This document shows positions 28,749 to 40,172 of a stretch of DNA of 64,000 nucleotides, in pieces (the first letter of the stretch is position 1; each line of letters opens with the position of its first letter). The DNA comes from an uncultured Bacteroidaceae bacterium (GTDB lineage Bacteria; Bacillota; Clostridia; Christensenellales; CAG-917): the NCBI GenBank assembly GCA_964604875.1, contig CAZSAC010000002.1:2813-66812 (forward strand), written 5' to 3'. The notes under the pieces were generated by a model. It made no database searches. It was not told where the DNA came from and saw only the letters and a program-made list of their open reading frames with translations. The translations under genes and the position numbers were made by a program.

Positions 28749-30263
28749 CTATTTTGTGATTTTTATATCCGACCCGAAAATTTCCTTAAGTTTTGAAATA
28801 ACGGTGTCTTCTGACTCATTTTCTTCTGATACGACAATATGCAATTTTATATTGCTTCCGCAAACTGTTGCCAATTTGTTTTCGATTGTCTGCATATTTT
28901 CTTTATCCAAAAGTAATACCGCATCCGACTTTTTTGAAAACAAAACTTTTAGTCTATCACCCGATAGCTCCGCCGATTTATAGTTGTTCATCGGGAAACC
29001 GAGCGCAAAGTTTTTATCAACGTTTACAATTTCTTGCCTACATTTTGCCCAAAGCGTAACGCCGTCAAACGTTGTTTCACCTAATTCAGGGCTTTTTTTT
29101 TCCGCAGAATTTATCACGGTGTTGCTTGACAACCTGTTTTCCAAGTTGCGAAGCCTTTGTAAAATCTCGGATACGCCTGTCTCTGTGGTTGCCTTTACAA
29201 CAGCCGCCTCAATCAAAATCCTCGGTTGAGGGCTATATCTCAGCTCCGCGCTGATGCCCGTAAACAAATCCAAAATAAACAATAACTGTTGCGTATCTGC
29301 AATTTTTGAAATGCCAACAAGCTGATTATATATGTCTATTGGAAGCTTCAAAAGCTCCGCCGAGTTATCGCAATGCTTTATGAAAAGGATATTTCTAATA
29401 TATGCGGCAATGTCCTTGGACAAAACCAAAATGTTTTTACCGAAATTGGCAAGCTCCGAAATGATATTTAATGCCCCACCACAATCTTTTTTAATCAAAC
29501 AATCAACCAAATTTATAATTTTATTCGGGTCGGATGCGCCCAAAACCTCAAGCACGTCCGAATAGGTCAAAACCTTGCCTGAAAACGCTAAACACATTTC
29601 TGCAATGGAAAGGCTGTCTCTTACGCTACCTTCCCCTGCGGTTGCAATTAACGTCAAGGCTTCCTCTTCATATTTTTTCCCGATATCGTCAAAAATCATT
29701 TTTAGATTTCCAACAAGCTCCTCTATTCCCAAAAGCTTAAAATCAAACCGCATACATCTGGACAAAATGGTTGCCGGCAACTTATGAACGTCGGTTGTCG
29801 CCAAAATGAAAACCACGTGAGAAGGCGGTTCTTCCAAGGTTTTTAGCAAAGCGTTAAACGCGCCCGACGTCATCATATGAACTTCGTCGATGATATATAC
29901 TTTATATTTGGCTGAAACAGGTGGATATTTAACCTTTTCTCTTAAATCACGGATTTCGTCAACGCTGTTATTGGATGCGGCGTCGATTTCAATTATATCC
30001 AAATTGCTTGGGTTGGAAAGCTCCTCGCAGACGGAGCATTTACCGCACGGCGAACCGTGTACGGGGTGCTCACAATTTATGGCTTTGGCAAAAATCCGCG
30101 CAACAGTAGTTTTCCCCGTGCCTCTGGTGCCGGTGAACAAATACGCGTGACTGATGTTGCCTGCCTCAATTTGATTGACAAGCGTCCTAACAATGTGTGA
30201 TTGTCCGATAAGTTTATCGAAAGTTTCGGGACGATACCTACGATAGAGAGAAGTTTGCGCCAT
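28749..30263 (-). CDS. dnaX: DNA polymerase III subunit gamma/tau
   Basis: 504 aa. Walker A GTRGTGKTT, zinc module CGKCSVC, DEVHM box. Confidence 0.92.
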   Translation of the reverse strand: MAQTSLYRRYRPETFDKLIGQSHIVRTLVNQIEAGNISHAYLFTGTRGTGKTTVARIFAKAINCEHPVHGSPCGKCSVCEELSNPSNLDIIEIDAASNNSVDEIRDLREKVKYPPVSAKYKVYIIDEVHMMTSGAFNALLKTLEEPPSHVVFILATTDVHKLPATILSRCMRFDFKLLGIEELVGNLKMIFDDIGKKYEEEALTLIATAGEGSVRDSLSIAEMCLAFSGKVLTYSDVLEVLGASDPNKIINLVDCLIKKDCGGALNIISELANFGKNILVLSKDIAAYIRNILFIKHCDNSAELLKLPIDIYNQLVGISKIADTQQLLFILDLFTGISAELRYSPQPRILIEAAVVKATTETGVSEILQRLRNLENRLSSNTVINSAEKKSPELGETTFDGVTLWAKCRQEIVNVDKNFALGFPMNNYKSAELSGDRLKVLFSKKSDAVLLLDKENMQTIENKLATVCGSNIKLHIVVSEENESEDTVISKLKEIFGSDIKITK

Positions 30264-30323
30264 ATATCCGCCTATAATTTTGCTAGGTTAATTATATAAC
30301 ATTATGGCTTTTTATGCAACCTA

Positions 30324-31190
30324 TTAAATGTTTTGATTTAAAATTTTATGCCCAATTAAAATTGCGGTATAGGTATATCGGATATCCGAGACTAAGCTGT
30401 ATCTAGCAAGCGACGTATTTAATAAGTTTTCCAGCATCGCAATAGAGGCGGCAATTTCGGCTTTGATATTTATTTTTTCTATATGCCCTTTATAATCCAC
30501 TTTTTTTTCAAAATCGGACATTATTGTTTGGATATTTCCTAATAAAATTCTTATTTTGTCACGAGCATAGTATTCGGATAACTCTCCGCTGTCTATCGAT
30601 ACGCTTATGGAGTAGAGCTGTTTATATATTGTATCGGCATATTTAAGTGAACTGACAATAGTATCTAACTCGTTTGAGGCGCACCACTTTAAGGACGGCT
30701 CACCGATAACTATTTCATAAATACTCACGTCTTTTGAGGACAACCTATCCTTAACCTTCTGCGCGTCTGATTTATTTGCATATACGCTTGCCACAAGATA
30801 ATATCCCCCGTTATCGGAAATGACAAATCCGCCCGCTCCATTTTGTCTTAGTTCGTCCGCGCTGATAGCAGCTGTGCTTCCGTTGTCAAAAAAGCTCATA
30901 GAGATTGCGTAATAGGTGGTGTTATTTGAAACTCTGTTACTTAAAAAGGCAAGCAATTCTCCGTTGCCGACAAGTTCTGTGAGCACAAAGGTTACGGCAA
31001 AACAAATTACAATTAAAATTGATGCGAAAGCTCCGCCTCTATCAACTTTTTTTTCACGCTTTATCGGTGAAATAATCGGTTTTTGAGGTGGAACCCGTTT
31101 AATTTTTTCTTCCCTTCCGTTTTCGCTCCAAACATACCTTTTGAAGCTATATTCTCCGTAATTTACGTCACCGTCGTCATCTCTTGGCAT
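30324..31190 (-). CDS. Single-pass membrane protein with a SPOR-like domain
   Basis: One TM segment (AFASILIVICFAVTFVLTELV), then YYAISMSFFDNGSTAAISADELRQNGAGGFVISDNGGYYLVASVYANKSDAQKVKDRL, which resembles a SPOR repeat. ATG 31190 is preferred over the TTG at 31202. Confidence 0.45.
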   Translation of the reverse strand: MPRDDDGDVNYGEYSFKRYVWSENGREEKIKRVPPQKPIISPIKREKKVDRGGAFASILIVICFAVTFVLTELVGNGELLAFLSNRVSNNTTYYAISMSFFDNGSTAAISADELRQNGAGGFVISDNGGYYLVASVYANKSDAQKVKDRLSSKDVSIYEIVIGEPSLKWCASNELDTIVSSLKYADTIYKQLYSISVSIDSGELSEYYARDKIRILLGNIQTIMSDFEKKVDYKGHIEKINIKAEIAASIAMLENLLNTSLARYSLVSDIRYTYTAILIGHKILNQNI

Positions 31191-31278
31191 AAAAAAATAC
31201 AATCCTTCAAAGTGTATGCTACCCTATAACTGTAGCACCTAGAAGTATTGTATTCGTCATTTGTTTTTTTATGATTGG

Positions 31279-31737
31279 CTATTTTGCTTCCTCGGGATAC
31301 TGCTCAACAAGAGTGCCCGCTTCCGAAAATATGGAGCGCGCAAACTCATCTGGGTACGGATTGCGGAAAACAACGCGTGAAATTCCGCTGTTGACAATCA
31401 TCTTTGCGCAAATCGAACAAGGTTGATGCGTACAATACAGCGTAGCGCCCTCAACGGACACGCCCAGCTTTGCCGCCTGAATAATGGCGTTCTGTTCCGC
31501 GTGGACAGCATAGCAAAGCTCCGCGCACGTACCCGACTTAATGCAAAGCTTGTCACGCATACATTCGCCCTTTTCAACGCAACTGACAATCCCCGAAGGC
31601 GCGCCGTTATATCCCGTTGTTAAAATGCGTTTGTTTTTTGTGATAACCGCGCCGACTTGCCTTCCGCTTCTAAAACAGCTTGACCAGCTTGCAACCACGT
31701 CCGCCATATCCATAAACCGTTTGTCCCACTTGTCCAT
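31279..31737 (-). CDS. comEB: Deoxycytidylate (dCMP) deaminase, ComEB-like
   Basis: 152 aa. Zinc-binding motifs HAEQNAI and PCSICAKMI. Confidence 0.85.
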   Translation of the reverse strand: MDKWDKRFMDMADVVASWSSCFRSGRQVGAVITKNKRILTTGYNGAPSGIVSCVEKGECMRDKLCIKSGTCAELCYAVHAEQNAIIQAAKLGVSVEGATLYCTHQPCSICAKMIVNSGISRVVFRNPYPDEFARSIFSEAGTLVEQYPEEAK

Positions 31738-31860
31738 AACAGTACCTCTTTTAATTATGTATAAATAATAACAAAACGAACAAAAATAATCAATAAAATT
31801 GTCCGTTAAACTAAAGAAATTTTATTCGTCAAAATTTGCATTAAAAAAAACAAAATAATG

Positions 31861-31889
31861 TTGACATATTAGAATGTAGAGTGTATAAT
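31861..31889 (+). promoter_or_regulatory. Consensus sigma-A promoter of groES-groEL
   Basis: TTGACA (31861-31866), 17-nt spacer, TATAAT (31884-31889). Confidence 0.75.
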
Positions 31890-31900
31890 TACCCTAGAAA

Positions 31901-31927
31901 TTAGCACTCAACCCCGTTGACTGCTAA
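31901..31927 (+). promoter_or_regulatory. CIRCE operator (HrcA binding site)
   Basis: TTAGCACTC-N9-GACTGCTAA, compared with the consensus TTAGCACTC-N9-GAGTGCTAA: one mismatch. It lies between the promoter and groES. Confidence 0.85.
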
Positions 31928-31968
31928 ATACAATAAAATATAATTTTCAAATATAGGAGGTATTTTTT

Positions 31969-32253
31969 ATGACAATCAAACCATTGTTCGATAAGGTTGT
32001 TGTGAAATCAATCGAGGCGGAGGAAAAAACCGCTAGTGGCATTATTCTTCCCGGAACAGCGCAAGAGAAACCCCAAATGGCTGAAGTAATAGCCGTTGGT
32101 CCCGGCGGGTTAATCGAAGGAAAGGAAGTTACTATGCAGGTTAAGGTCGGCGACAAAATTTTATACAGTAAATATGCCGGCAGTGAATTTAAGTTGGACA
32201 AACAAGAAGTTATTATTTTAAGACAAAGTGATATTCTTGCTATCGTTGAATAG
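31969..32253 (+). CDS. groES: Co-chaperonin GroES
   Basis: 94 aa. IKPLFDKVVVK...TASGIILP is a canonical sequence. Confidence 0.95.
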   Translation: MTIKPLFDKVVVKSIEAEEKTASGIILPGTAQEKPQMAEVIAVGPGGLIEGKEVTMQVKVGDKILYSKYAGSEFKLDKQEVIILRQSDILAIVE

Positions 32254-33882
<1,629 letters not shown>

Positions 33883-33899
33883 TCTAAAAATCATTTTAT

Positions 33900-33928
33900 G
33901 ACGCAGCCAACTTGGCTGCGTCTTTTTT
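33900..33928 (+). terminator. Intrinsic terminator after groEL
   Basis: 9-bp stem gacgcagcc/ggctgcgtc followed by T6. Confidence 0.8.
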
Positions 33929-34042
33929 ATTGTATTTATTATAAAAATAAGCCTATTTTTTTATCAAAATGCTTTAAAAAAAAGCTTTTTAATTTTCCAT
34001 AAAAAATATTGAAAAAATCTTTAGAAAAGTTATATATTTTAT

Positions 34043-34071
34043 TTGACATGCCTATGCTTTTTTTCTATAAT
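34043..34071 (+). promoter_or_regulatory. Consensus sigma-A promoter of the XRE-cupin/pot operon
   Basis: TTGACA (34043-34048), 17-nt spacer, TATAAT (34066-34071). The leader is about 100 nt. Confidence 0.6.
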
Positions 34072-34179
34072 GATATCCACATTGTGTTTAGTAATTTTAA
34101 ACTTATGGTTAAATGTCACGAAACTCGCTAAGTCTTAAGTTAACTGATACTAAACCCAAACTTATCACGGAGGTAAAAA

Positions 34180-34713
34180 ATGGAGATAGGCTGTAAGCTT
34201 AAGCAAATGCGACTGCAATGCGGTTTAACGCAGGAAGAACTTGCCGATAGGTGCGAATTGACAAAAGGTTATATCAGTCAGCTTGAAAACGATTTGACAC
34301 TACCGACGCTACCTACCCTAAGTGACCTTATGTCGGCGCTTGGCTCGGATATGAAAACCTTTTTTAGCGATGATAAGGACGAGCAAATTGTTTTTTCTAA
34401 AGATGATTTCTTTGAAAAGGACAATGATGACAATAAAATAACGTGGCTTGTCCCTAACAGTCAGAAAAATGAGATGGAGCCTATCTTAATTGAAATTGAG
34501 CCCAAAACCTCGCTGTCAAAAGATATGCCCCACGAGGGGGAAGAGTTTGGATATGTCTTAGAAGGTGAAATTGAAATTGTTATCGCCGACAAGCGTTATA
34601 AATGCAAGACGGGAGAAAGCTTTTATTTTATATCAAATAAAGTACATTATCTTAAAAATACAACAAGTAAAAAATCGAAAATCGTCTGGGTTTCAAGCCC
34701 ACCCACTTTTTAG
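34180..34713 (+). CDS. XRE-family transcriptional regulator with a C-terminal cupin domain
   Basis: 177 aa. HTH segment LTQEELADRCELTKGYISQLEN, and a cupin segment HEGEEFGYVLEGEIEI. Confidence 0.8.
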   Translation: MEIGCKLKQMRLQCGLTQEELADRCELTKGYISQLENDLTLPTLPTLSDLMSALGSDMKTFFSDDKDEQIVFSKDDFFEKDNDDNKITWLVPNSQKNEMEPILIEIEPKTSLSKDMPHEGEEFGYVLEGEIEIVIADKRYKCKTGESFYFISNKVHYLKNTTSKKSKIVWVSSPPTF

Positions 34714-34723
34714 GAGAGTAACT

Positions 34724-36160
34724 ATGGCAAACAAAAATATCATTGAAATCAAAAATGTTTCCAAAGTTTATGATGGAAAAACCGTAGTAAAGAACGAAAC
34801 TATTTCCATCAAACACGGAGAATTTGTCACTTTTTTAGGGCCGTCAGGTTGTGGTAAAACCACCACGCTAAGAATGATAGCCGGGTTTGAAATGCCTACT
34901 TCAGGCAAAATTTTCTTTGACGATGAAGACATCACCAACCTTCCTCCTCATCAAAGAAAGGTAAACACGGTTTTTCAAAGATATGCCCTTTTCCCGCATT
35001 TAAATGTTTTTAACAACATTGCTTTCGGGCTGAAGCTTAAAATGATACCTGACGGGACTACATACACAAATAAGAAAGGAAAAGTTTTCGAAAATATGAG
35101 AAAGCTTTCCAAAACCGAAATTGCCGAAAAGGTAAATCGCGCGTTGAAGCTGGTTGACCTAGAGGATTATGGACACAGATATGTTGATAGTTTATCAGGC
35201 GGACAACAACAACGTGTCGCCATTGCCCGAGCCATTGTAAATGAGCCAATGGTTTTGCTTTTGGACGAGCCCTTGGGAGCGTTGGATTTAAAAATGCGTC
35301 AGGATATGCAAATTGAGCTAAAACAAATGCACAAAAATTTGGGCATTACCTTTATTTATGTTACGCACGACCAAGAGGAAGCCTTGTCAATGAGCGATAC
35401 GATTGTGGTTATGCGTGACGGCGAAGTGCAACAAATCGGCACTCCTAAGAAAATATACGATGAGCCTGCAAACGCTTTCGTTGCCGACTTTATTGGCGAG
35501 TCTAACATTTTTTCGGGCACAATGATTGATGATTTCAAATGCAATTTTATCGGATACGATTTTGATTGTGTAGATAAAGGCTTTAAACCCAACGAGCCCG
35601 TAGATATAATCGTCCGTCCGGAGGACATCTATTTAACAAAAGGCGTTGCTGTTGACAAAGCAATGTTTACAGCCGTTGTAAAGTCAAGCATTTTTAAAGG
35701 CGACCATTATGAGATTCTTGCCGAGGCAAACGGGAACGAGATTCAGGTTTTTGAAAACACCGAGTGCAACGTAGGAGAAGAGATTGGTATTTTTATCAAT
35801 CCAAATGAAATTCATATAATGCACAAAGCCCGCTTCATAAACGAATATGAAACTGTTATGCAAGCCGATGGAATTGTTTCCATTTGCGAACACGATTTTA
35901 AAACAAATTCGTTGTTCCCTGCTGAAACTCAAGTTAAAGTGTCTATTCCGTTTGATAAAGTTGAAGTATTTGATAATGAAGAAGACGGTATTGTTGGCGC
36001 AGAGGTAGTTGCAAACATTTATAAAGGCAGTTATTATCAAGTTATTTTACGCACCGATTACGACTATGACTTTTTTGTTGACACAACCGACGAGTGGCTT
36101 CAAGGCGACCGCGTGGGAATCAACGTTAAGCCTGAAGACATCGTTGTCACACAATTATAG
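34724..36160 (+). CDS. potA: Spermidine/putrescine ABC transporter ATP-binding protein
   Basis: GPSGCGKTT, LSGGQQQRVAIARA, LLLDEP. The start is trimmed to ATG 34724 (MANKNIIEIKNV) after AGGAGA. At 478 aa it is longer than typical. Confidence 0.88.
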   Translation: MANKNIIEIKNVSKVYDGKTVVKNETISIKHGEFVTFLGPSGCGKTTTLRMIAGFEMPTSGKIFFDDEDITNLPPHQRKVNTVFQRYALFPHLNVFNNIAFGLKLKMIPDGTTYTNKKGKVFENMRKLSKTEIAEKVNRALKLVDLEDYGHRYVDSLSGGQQQRVAIARAIVNEPMVLLLDEPLGALDLKMRQDMQIELKQMHKNLGITFIYVTHDQEEALSMSDTIVVMRDGEVQQIGTPKKIYDEPANAFVADFIGESNIFSGTMIDDFKCNFIGYDFDCVDKGFKPNEPVDIIVRPEDIYLTKGVAVDKAMFTAVVKSSIFKGDHYEILAEANGNEIQVFENTECNVGEEIGIFINPNEIHIMHKARFINEYETVMQADGIVSICEHDFKTNSLFPAETQVKVSIPFDKVEVFDNEEDGIVGAEVVANIYKGSYYQVILRTDYDYDFFVDTTDEWLQGDRVGINVKPEDIVVTQL

Positions 36161-36171
36161 AGGTGGCTTAT

Positions 36172-36963
36172 ATGGCACAAAAATTAAAAAAGTTTAAGTT
36201 TACAAGACGCGCGTTTGCATACCCTTATATGCTCTTCCTTTTGCTGTTTGTGGTTACGCCGTTAGTTTTGATTTTGGCAAATACGCTCATATATAACAAC
36301 TCTTTTTCGTTTGAAAACTTCTCACTTTTCTTTTCGGAAAAGGCGGGGCTTATTATTTTAGGCAATTCTATTTTGGTCGGTCTCTTGACCACTTTATTGT
36401 GCTTATTGATAGGTTATCCAGCGGCATACTTATTGGCGAAATACAGCGCAGGAAAAACTTTTGTTTTATTGTTTATCCTTCCTATGTGGGTAAACTTTAT
36501 CATAAGAACTCTTGCAACAAAAGCCATTTTTGTTTCTATGGATATTTCTCTTGGAATGGGAACTGTCGTGTTTGGTATGGTGTATAACTATCTTCCGTTT
36601 ATGATACTTCCTCTCCATACTGTTCTAACCAGCATCGATAAAAGCTATTCCGAAGCGGCGCAGGACCTTGGCGCAGACGGATACACTGTTTTTATGAAAA
36701 CTATTCTGCCTTTATCAATCCCCGGCATCATCAGCGGAATTACGATGGTTTTTGTCCCTACAATTTCAACCTTTGCAATCAGCCAACTTCTTTCTGACAG
36801 CACGGTATTTTTGTTTGGCGACAGCATTCAAATGAAATTTGAGCAAGGCTTATACGGCGTCGGAAGCGTTATGAGCTTAGTTATGTTGATTTTGGTTTTA
36901 ATTTCTAATTTCTTTTTGTCTAAATTCTCAAAGAATGAAGGCACAGGGAGGATGTTATGGTAA
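36172..36963 (+). CDS. potB: Spermidine/putrescine ABC transporter permease
   Basis: 6-TM binding-protein-dependent permease with an EAA-like loop (SYSEAAQDLGADGYTVFMKTILP). ATG 36172 is preferred over GTG 36163. Confidence 0.85.
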   Translation: MAQKLKKFKFTRRAFAYPYMLFLLLFVVTPLVLILANTLIYNNSFSFENFSLFFSEKAGLIILGNSILVGLLTTLLCLLIGYPAAYLLAKYSAGKTFVLLFILPMWVNFIIRTLATKAIFVSMDISLGMGTVVFGMVYNYLPFMILPLHTVLTSIDKSYSEAAQDLGADGYTVFMKTILPLSIPGIISGITMVFVPTISTFAISQLLSDSTVFLFGDSIQMKFEQGLYGVGSVMSLVMLILVLISNFFLSKFSKNEGTGRMLW

Positions 36964-37769
36964 AAAAAGTTTTATCAAAAAGCTATTTATATATATTATT
37001 AGGCGTCTTATACGCTCCTATTATATTGATAATAGTATTTTCGTTTTTTAATACTTCCATATTCTCGTTTTCGAATGGATTTAGTTTTGAAGCATATAAG
37101 TCGATTTTTACCAGCGATAAAACGCCCGAGCTTTTGTCCGCTTTGAAAAACACAATTATAATCGCAACTGTTTCCAGCGTTGCTTCTACTCTAATCGGCA
37201 GCTTTGCAGCTATAGGAATCTTTAGCTTAAGCAGAAGACTCCGCCGTGTTGTTGAGAACGTAAATCAGCTTCCGATTATTAACAGCGAAATTGTTGTAGC
37301 GGTTTCTCTTATGGTATTTTTTGTTACCTTCAAATTTCCTGCGGGATACTTGCGTTTGATTATCGGACACATATCGTTTTGCACTCCGTATGTCATTTTA
37401 AGCATTATGCCAAAACTACAACGTATGGATAACAACGTCTATGAGGCTGCTTTGGACTTAGGCGCAACTCCCCTAAAGGCTATGACGCGTATAATGCTTC
37501 CGATAATTTCCCCGGGGATTATATCCGGCTTTGTAATGGCATTTACGCTTTCTATGGACGATTTTATCATCACCCAAATAAACAAAGGCGCTGCAACCGG
37601 CATCAATACTCTTTCCACGTATCTATATTCCGACGCCAGAGTTCAGGGACTTTCTCCGTTTTGGTTTGCAATATTCAGCATAATTTTTATTATTGTTTTA
37701 ACAACGATTATTGTAATCAATATTAAGAAAAACCAAAAAGATATAAGCCTCATACAGGAGAAAAACTAA
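36957..37769 (+). CDS. potC: Spermidine/putrescine ABC transporter permease
   Basis: 270 aa. EAA loop YEAALDLGATPLKAMTRIMLP. Overlaps the potB stop. Confidence 0.85.
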   Translation: MVKKVLSKSYLYILLGVLYAPIILIIVFSFFNTSIFSFSNGFSFEAYKSIFTSDKTPELLSALKNTIIIATVSSVASTLIGSFAAIGIFSLSRRLRRVVENVNQLPIINSEIVVAVSLMVFFVTFKFPAGYLRLIIGHISFCTPYVILSIMPKLQRMDNNVYEAALDLGATPLKAMTRIMLPIISPGIISGFVMAFTLSMDDFIITQINKGAATGINTLSTYLYSDARVQGLSPFWFAIFSIIFIIVLTTIIVINIKKNQKDISLIQEKN

Positions 37770-39235
37770 TGAATAAAAAACTTAAAATATTAGCTACTGT
37801 CATCGCAATCGTTTTGGTTACTTCTCTTTTAGGCGTGGGTATCGGCGCAATAATTAAGGACTCCAAAACAGAAAAATTGGTTATATATAACTGGGCAGAC
37901 TACATCGAACCTGAAGTGCTGGATTTGTTTTCCGAATACTATGAAGAAACAACCGGCAATTCCATAAAAATTATATACAGCACGTTTGACACCAACGAAA
38001 CTATGATAACAGAGGTTGTCAAGGGCGACAGCCAAATCGACTTGGTTTGCCCTTCTGAATACGCAATCCAAAAGCTTATGCAAAAAGGTTTATTGCATAA
38101 ATTGGATATGTCAAACGAGAGTTACAAAAATCTTTCCTATGTTTATCCGGCAATAAGGGATAAGGTTGACGAAATTTTCTCTTCAATTTCAGTGGATGGA
38201 AAACCTTCTGCGATGAACAACTATTTCGTGCCCTATATGTGGGGAACGCTGGGTATTTTATACAATACAAAGTATGTCACCGAAAGTGACCTCGAACAAG
38301 GCTGGGGGCTTTTATGGAACTCTGGAAACAATCCTAATTTGGTTGGGAAGATTTTAATGAAAGACAGCGTCAGAGACATCTACGCAGCCAGCGTTATATA
38401 TCTTAAAGAAACCAATTCGCTTCCCGATAAGTATAAAGAGTTTTCTATTGAAGAACTTATAAACACAGTCGACAGCGAATTAATCAGTCTATCTAAAGAA
38501 GTTCTAATTAACCAACGAAAAAATCTAAAGGGCTATGAAGTTGACTTTGGCAAAGACGATATGATAAACCAAATAGCCTATGTCGATTTAGCTTGGAGCG
38601 GAGATGCGCTTTGGGCGATAGAAGAAAGTTATATTGAGGCAGAAGACGATTATTTATTAGACTATTTTGTGCCTGAAAGCGGTGGAAACATTTGGTTTGA
38701 CGGTTGGTGTATCCCAACAAGCGCAGAAAATGTACCTGCGGCGAAAATGTTTATAGATTTTCTTTGCAGACCTGATATCGCAATGATGAACAGTATGAAT
38801 ATCGGTTATGTTTGCTCTGTTAATCCCGATGTTTTCCTTGACATAACAAACCCCGAGTATGGTGAGTTCAGTAAAGAAGCCCTACTTAATCTTGTAGACA
38901 ACGAATACGCTTGGGAAATTGCAGAAGATGAAGTCTATGAAGACGGTATATTTATTAAGCTTGAAATCGAAGGCGAAACTGCCCTTTATGATTTTACGGA
39001 TTTCTTTGCTGATGAACGCCGTTATCCTGAGATGAATGACACTCTTGGCGTAATGAGAGACTTTGGTGAATCCAATGACTCGGTTGTTGCAATGTGGGAA
39101 CATGTTAAGGGTTCAGACGGCTCACAATGGTCGCTACTCATCGCCATTGGAATAATTGTCGGCGGAGTTGCTTTAACAATCCTTGGCTGTAACCTAGCCC
39201 GATATTTCAAACAACGCAGACGTTTAATTTCTTAA
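37769..39235 (+). CDS. potD: Spermidine/putrescine-binding protein (PotD-like), atypically long with TM segments at both ends
   Basis: LVIYNWADYIEPEVLDLF...IKIIYSTFDTNETM is a PotD-type N-lobe. N-terminal hydrophobic anchor without a lipobox Cys. C-terminal TM segment WSLLIAIGIIVGGVALTILGC followed by basic residues. Confidence 0.78.
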   Translation: MNKKLKILATVIAIVLVTSLLGVGIGAIIKDSKTEKLVIYNWADYIEPEVLDLFSEYYEETTGNSIKIIYSTFDTNETMITEVVKGDSQIDLVCPSEYAIQKLMQKGLLHKLDMSNESYKNLSYVYPAIRDKVDEIFSSISVDGKPSAMNNYFVPYMWGTLGILYNTKYVTESDLEQGWGLLWNSGNNPNLVGKILMKDSVRDIYAASVIYLKETNSLPDKYKEFSIEELINTVDSELISLSKEVLINQRKNLKGYEVDFGKDDMINQIAYVDLAWSGDALWAIEESYIEAEDDYLLDYFVPESGGNIWFDGWCIPTSAENVPAAKMFIDFLCRPDIAMMNSMNIGYVCSVNPDVFLDITNPEYGEFSKEALLNLVDNEYAWEIAEDEVYEDGIFIKLEIEGETALYDFTDFFADERRYPEMNDTLGVMRDFGESNDSVVAMWEHVKGSDGSQWSLLIAIGIIVGGVALTILGCNLARYFKQRRRLIS

Positions 39236-39253
39236 ATCAAACTACTATAAAAA

Positions 39254-39279
39254 CCCTCTCGCATAGAGAGGGTTTTTTT
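39254..39279 (+). terminator. Intrinsic terminator after potD
   Basis: Stem ccctctc/gagaggg followed by T7. Confidence 0.75.
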
Positions 39280-39284
39280 GCATT

Positions 39285-39314
39285 AAAAAGCCCTTGCGTT
39301 TGCAAGGGCTTTTT
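39285..39314. terminator. Hairpin terminator (serves the minus-strand SDR gene)
   Basis: 8-bp stem gcccttgc/gcaagggc, flanked by A5 and T5. Confidence 0.65.
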
Positions 39315-39317
39315 GTA

Positions 39318-40127
39318 TTACTTAATGAACGAAAGGTAAATCTTATCAACGATTTTGTCAGAGAAGATATTTAACAGCATAAGCTTTTTGCTATTTTTAA
39401 TCTTATATTTGATTTTAGGATTCTTTGCCGTGCAAGCCTTTAGGATTGCGTCTGCCATATATTTAGGGTCACAAGCGTGTTCAAGCTCGTGTGTCATAAG
39501 CTTCTTCATAGAAGCTAACGGTCCCTTATAGCGTTCTGTCCCAGCAATCAAGCGGTCAAAGTCGGCAGCTGCCAAATGGTGCATATTGGTTTTGAAAGAG
39601 CCGGGTTGCAATTTGATAACCTTTACCTTATTGGTGATGTTACATTCACGACGTAACGCCTCGGTATAGAAGTCAACCGCGCGCTTTGTTACAGAGTATG
39701 GACCAACGAAGGGTTGCGCCTTAACGACAGCCATCTCGCTGCTGGTATTGATAATTCTGCCACAAGCCTTTTCAACCAAAGGATACATAACATAGTTTAC
39801 ATAAATCATACCAAACAAATTGACCTTCATTGCGATATCCATCGTCTTAGGATGATTCTCAATTAAAGAGGTAAACTTCATCATACCCGCAAAGTTTATA
39901 ACAGCGTCTAATTTGTCTGTTGTTTTTAAAATTTCATCTCTTGCGCGCTCAATGCTTGTAATATCCGTAATATCGACTTGAATCGGTATTACATTTTTGT
40001 GCGTAATTTTGTTTAATGCTTCTTGATTAATATCGGCAGCAAAAACAGTCCACCCGTTATCTGCCAAAAGGTCACATGCTTGACCGCCCAGTCCACCGGC
40101 TCCGCCAGTAATGAATGCATACTTCAT
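39318..40127 (-). CDS. SDR-family oxidoreductase
   Basis: 269 aa. ITGGAGGLG (TGxxxGxG) and YSVTK (YxxxK). Confidence 0.8.
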   Translation of the reverse strand: MKYAFITGGAGGLGGQACDLLADNGWTVFAADINQEALNKITHKNVIPIQVDITDITSIERARDEILKTTDKLDAVINFAGMMKFTSLIENHPKTMDIAMKVNLFGMIYVNYVMYPLVEKACGRIINTSSEMAVVKAQPFVGPYSVTKRAVDFYTEALRRECNITNKVKVIKLQPGSFKTNMHHLAAADFDRLIAGTERYKGPLASMKKLMTHELEHACDPKYMADAILKACTAKNPKIKYKIKNSKKLMLLNIFSDKIVDKIYLSFIK

Positions 40128-40172
40128 TAAAAAATCTCCTTAAATATATGTTACTGTGTTTTATATTTTATG

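Noticed and set aside
30264-31278. Looked for the SRP RNA (scRNA/ffs), which often precedes dnaX in Bacillota.
   Set aside because: The 60-nt and 76-nt spacers are AT-rich, with no GGUGCUGUUU/AGCAG-type domain IV motif. The RNA is presumably elsewhere.
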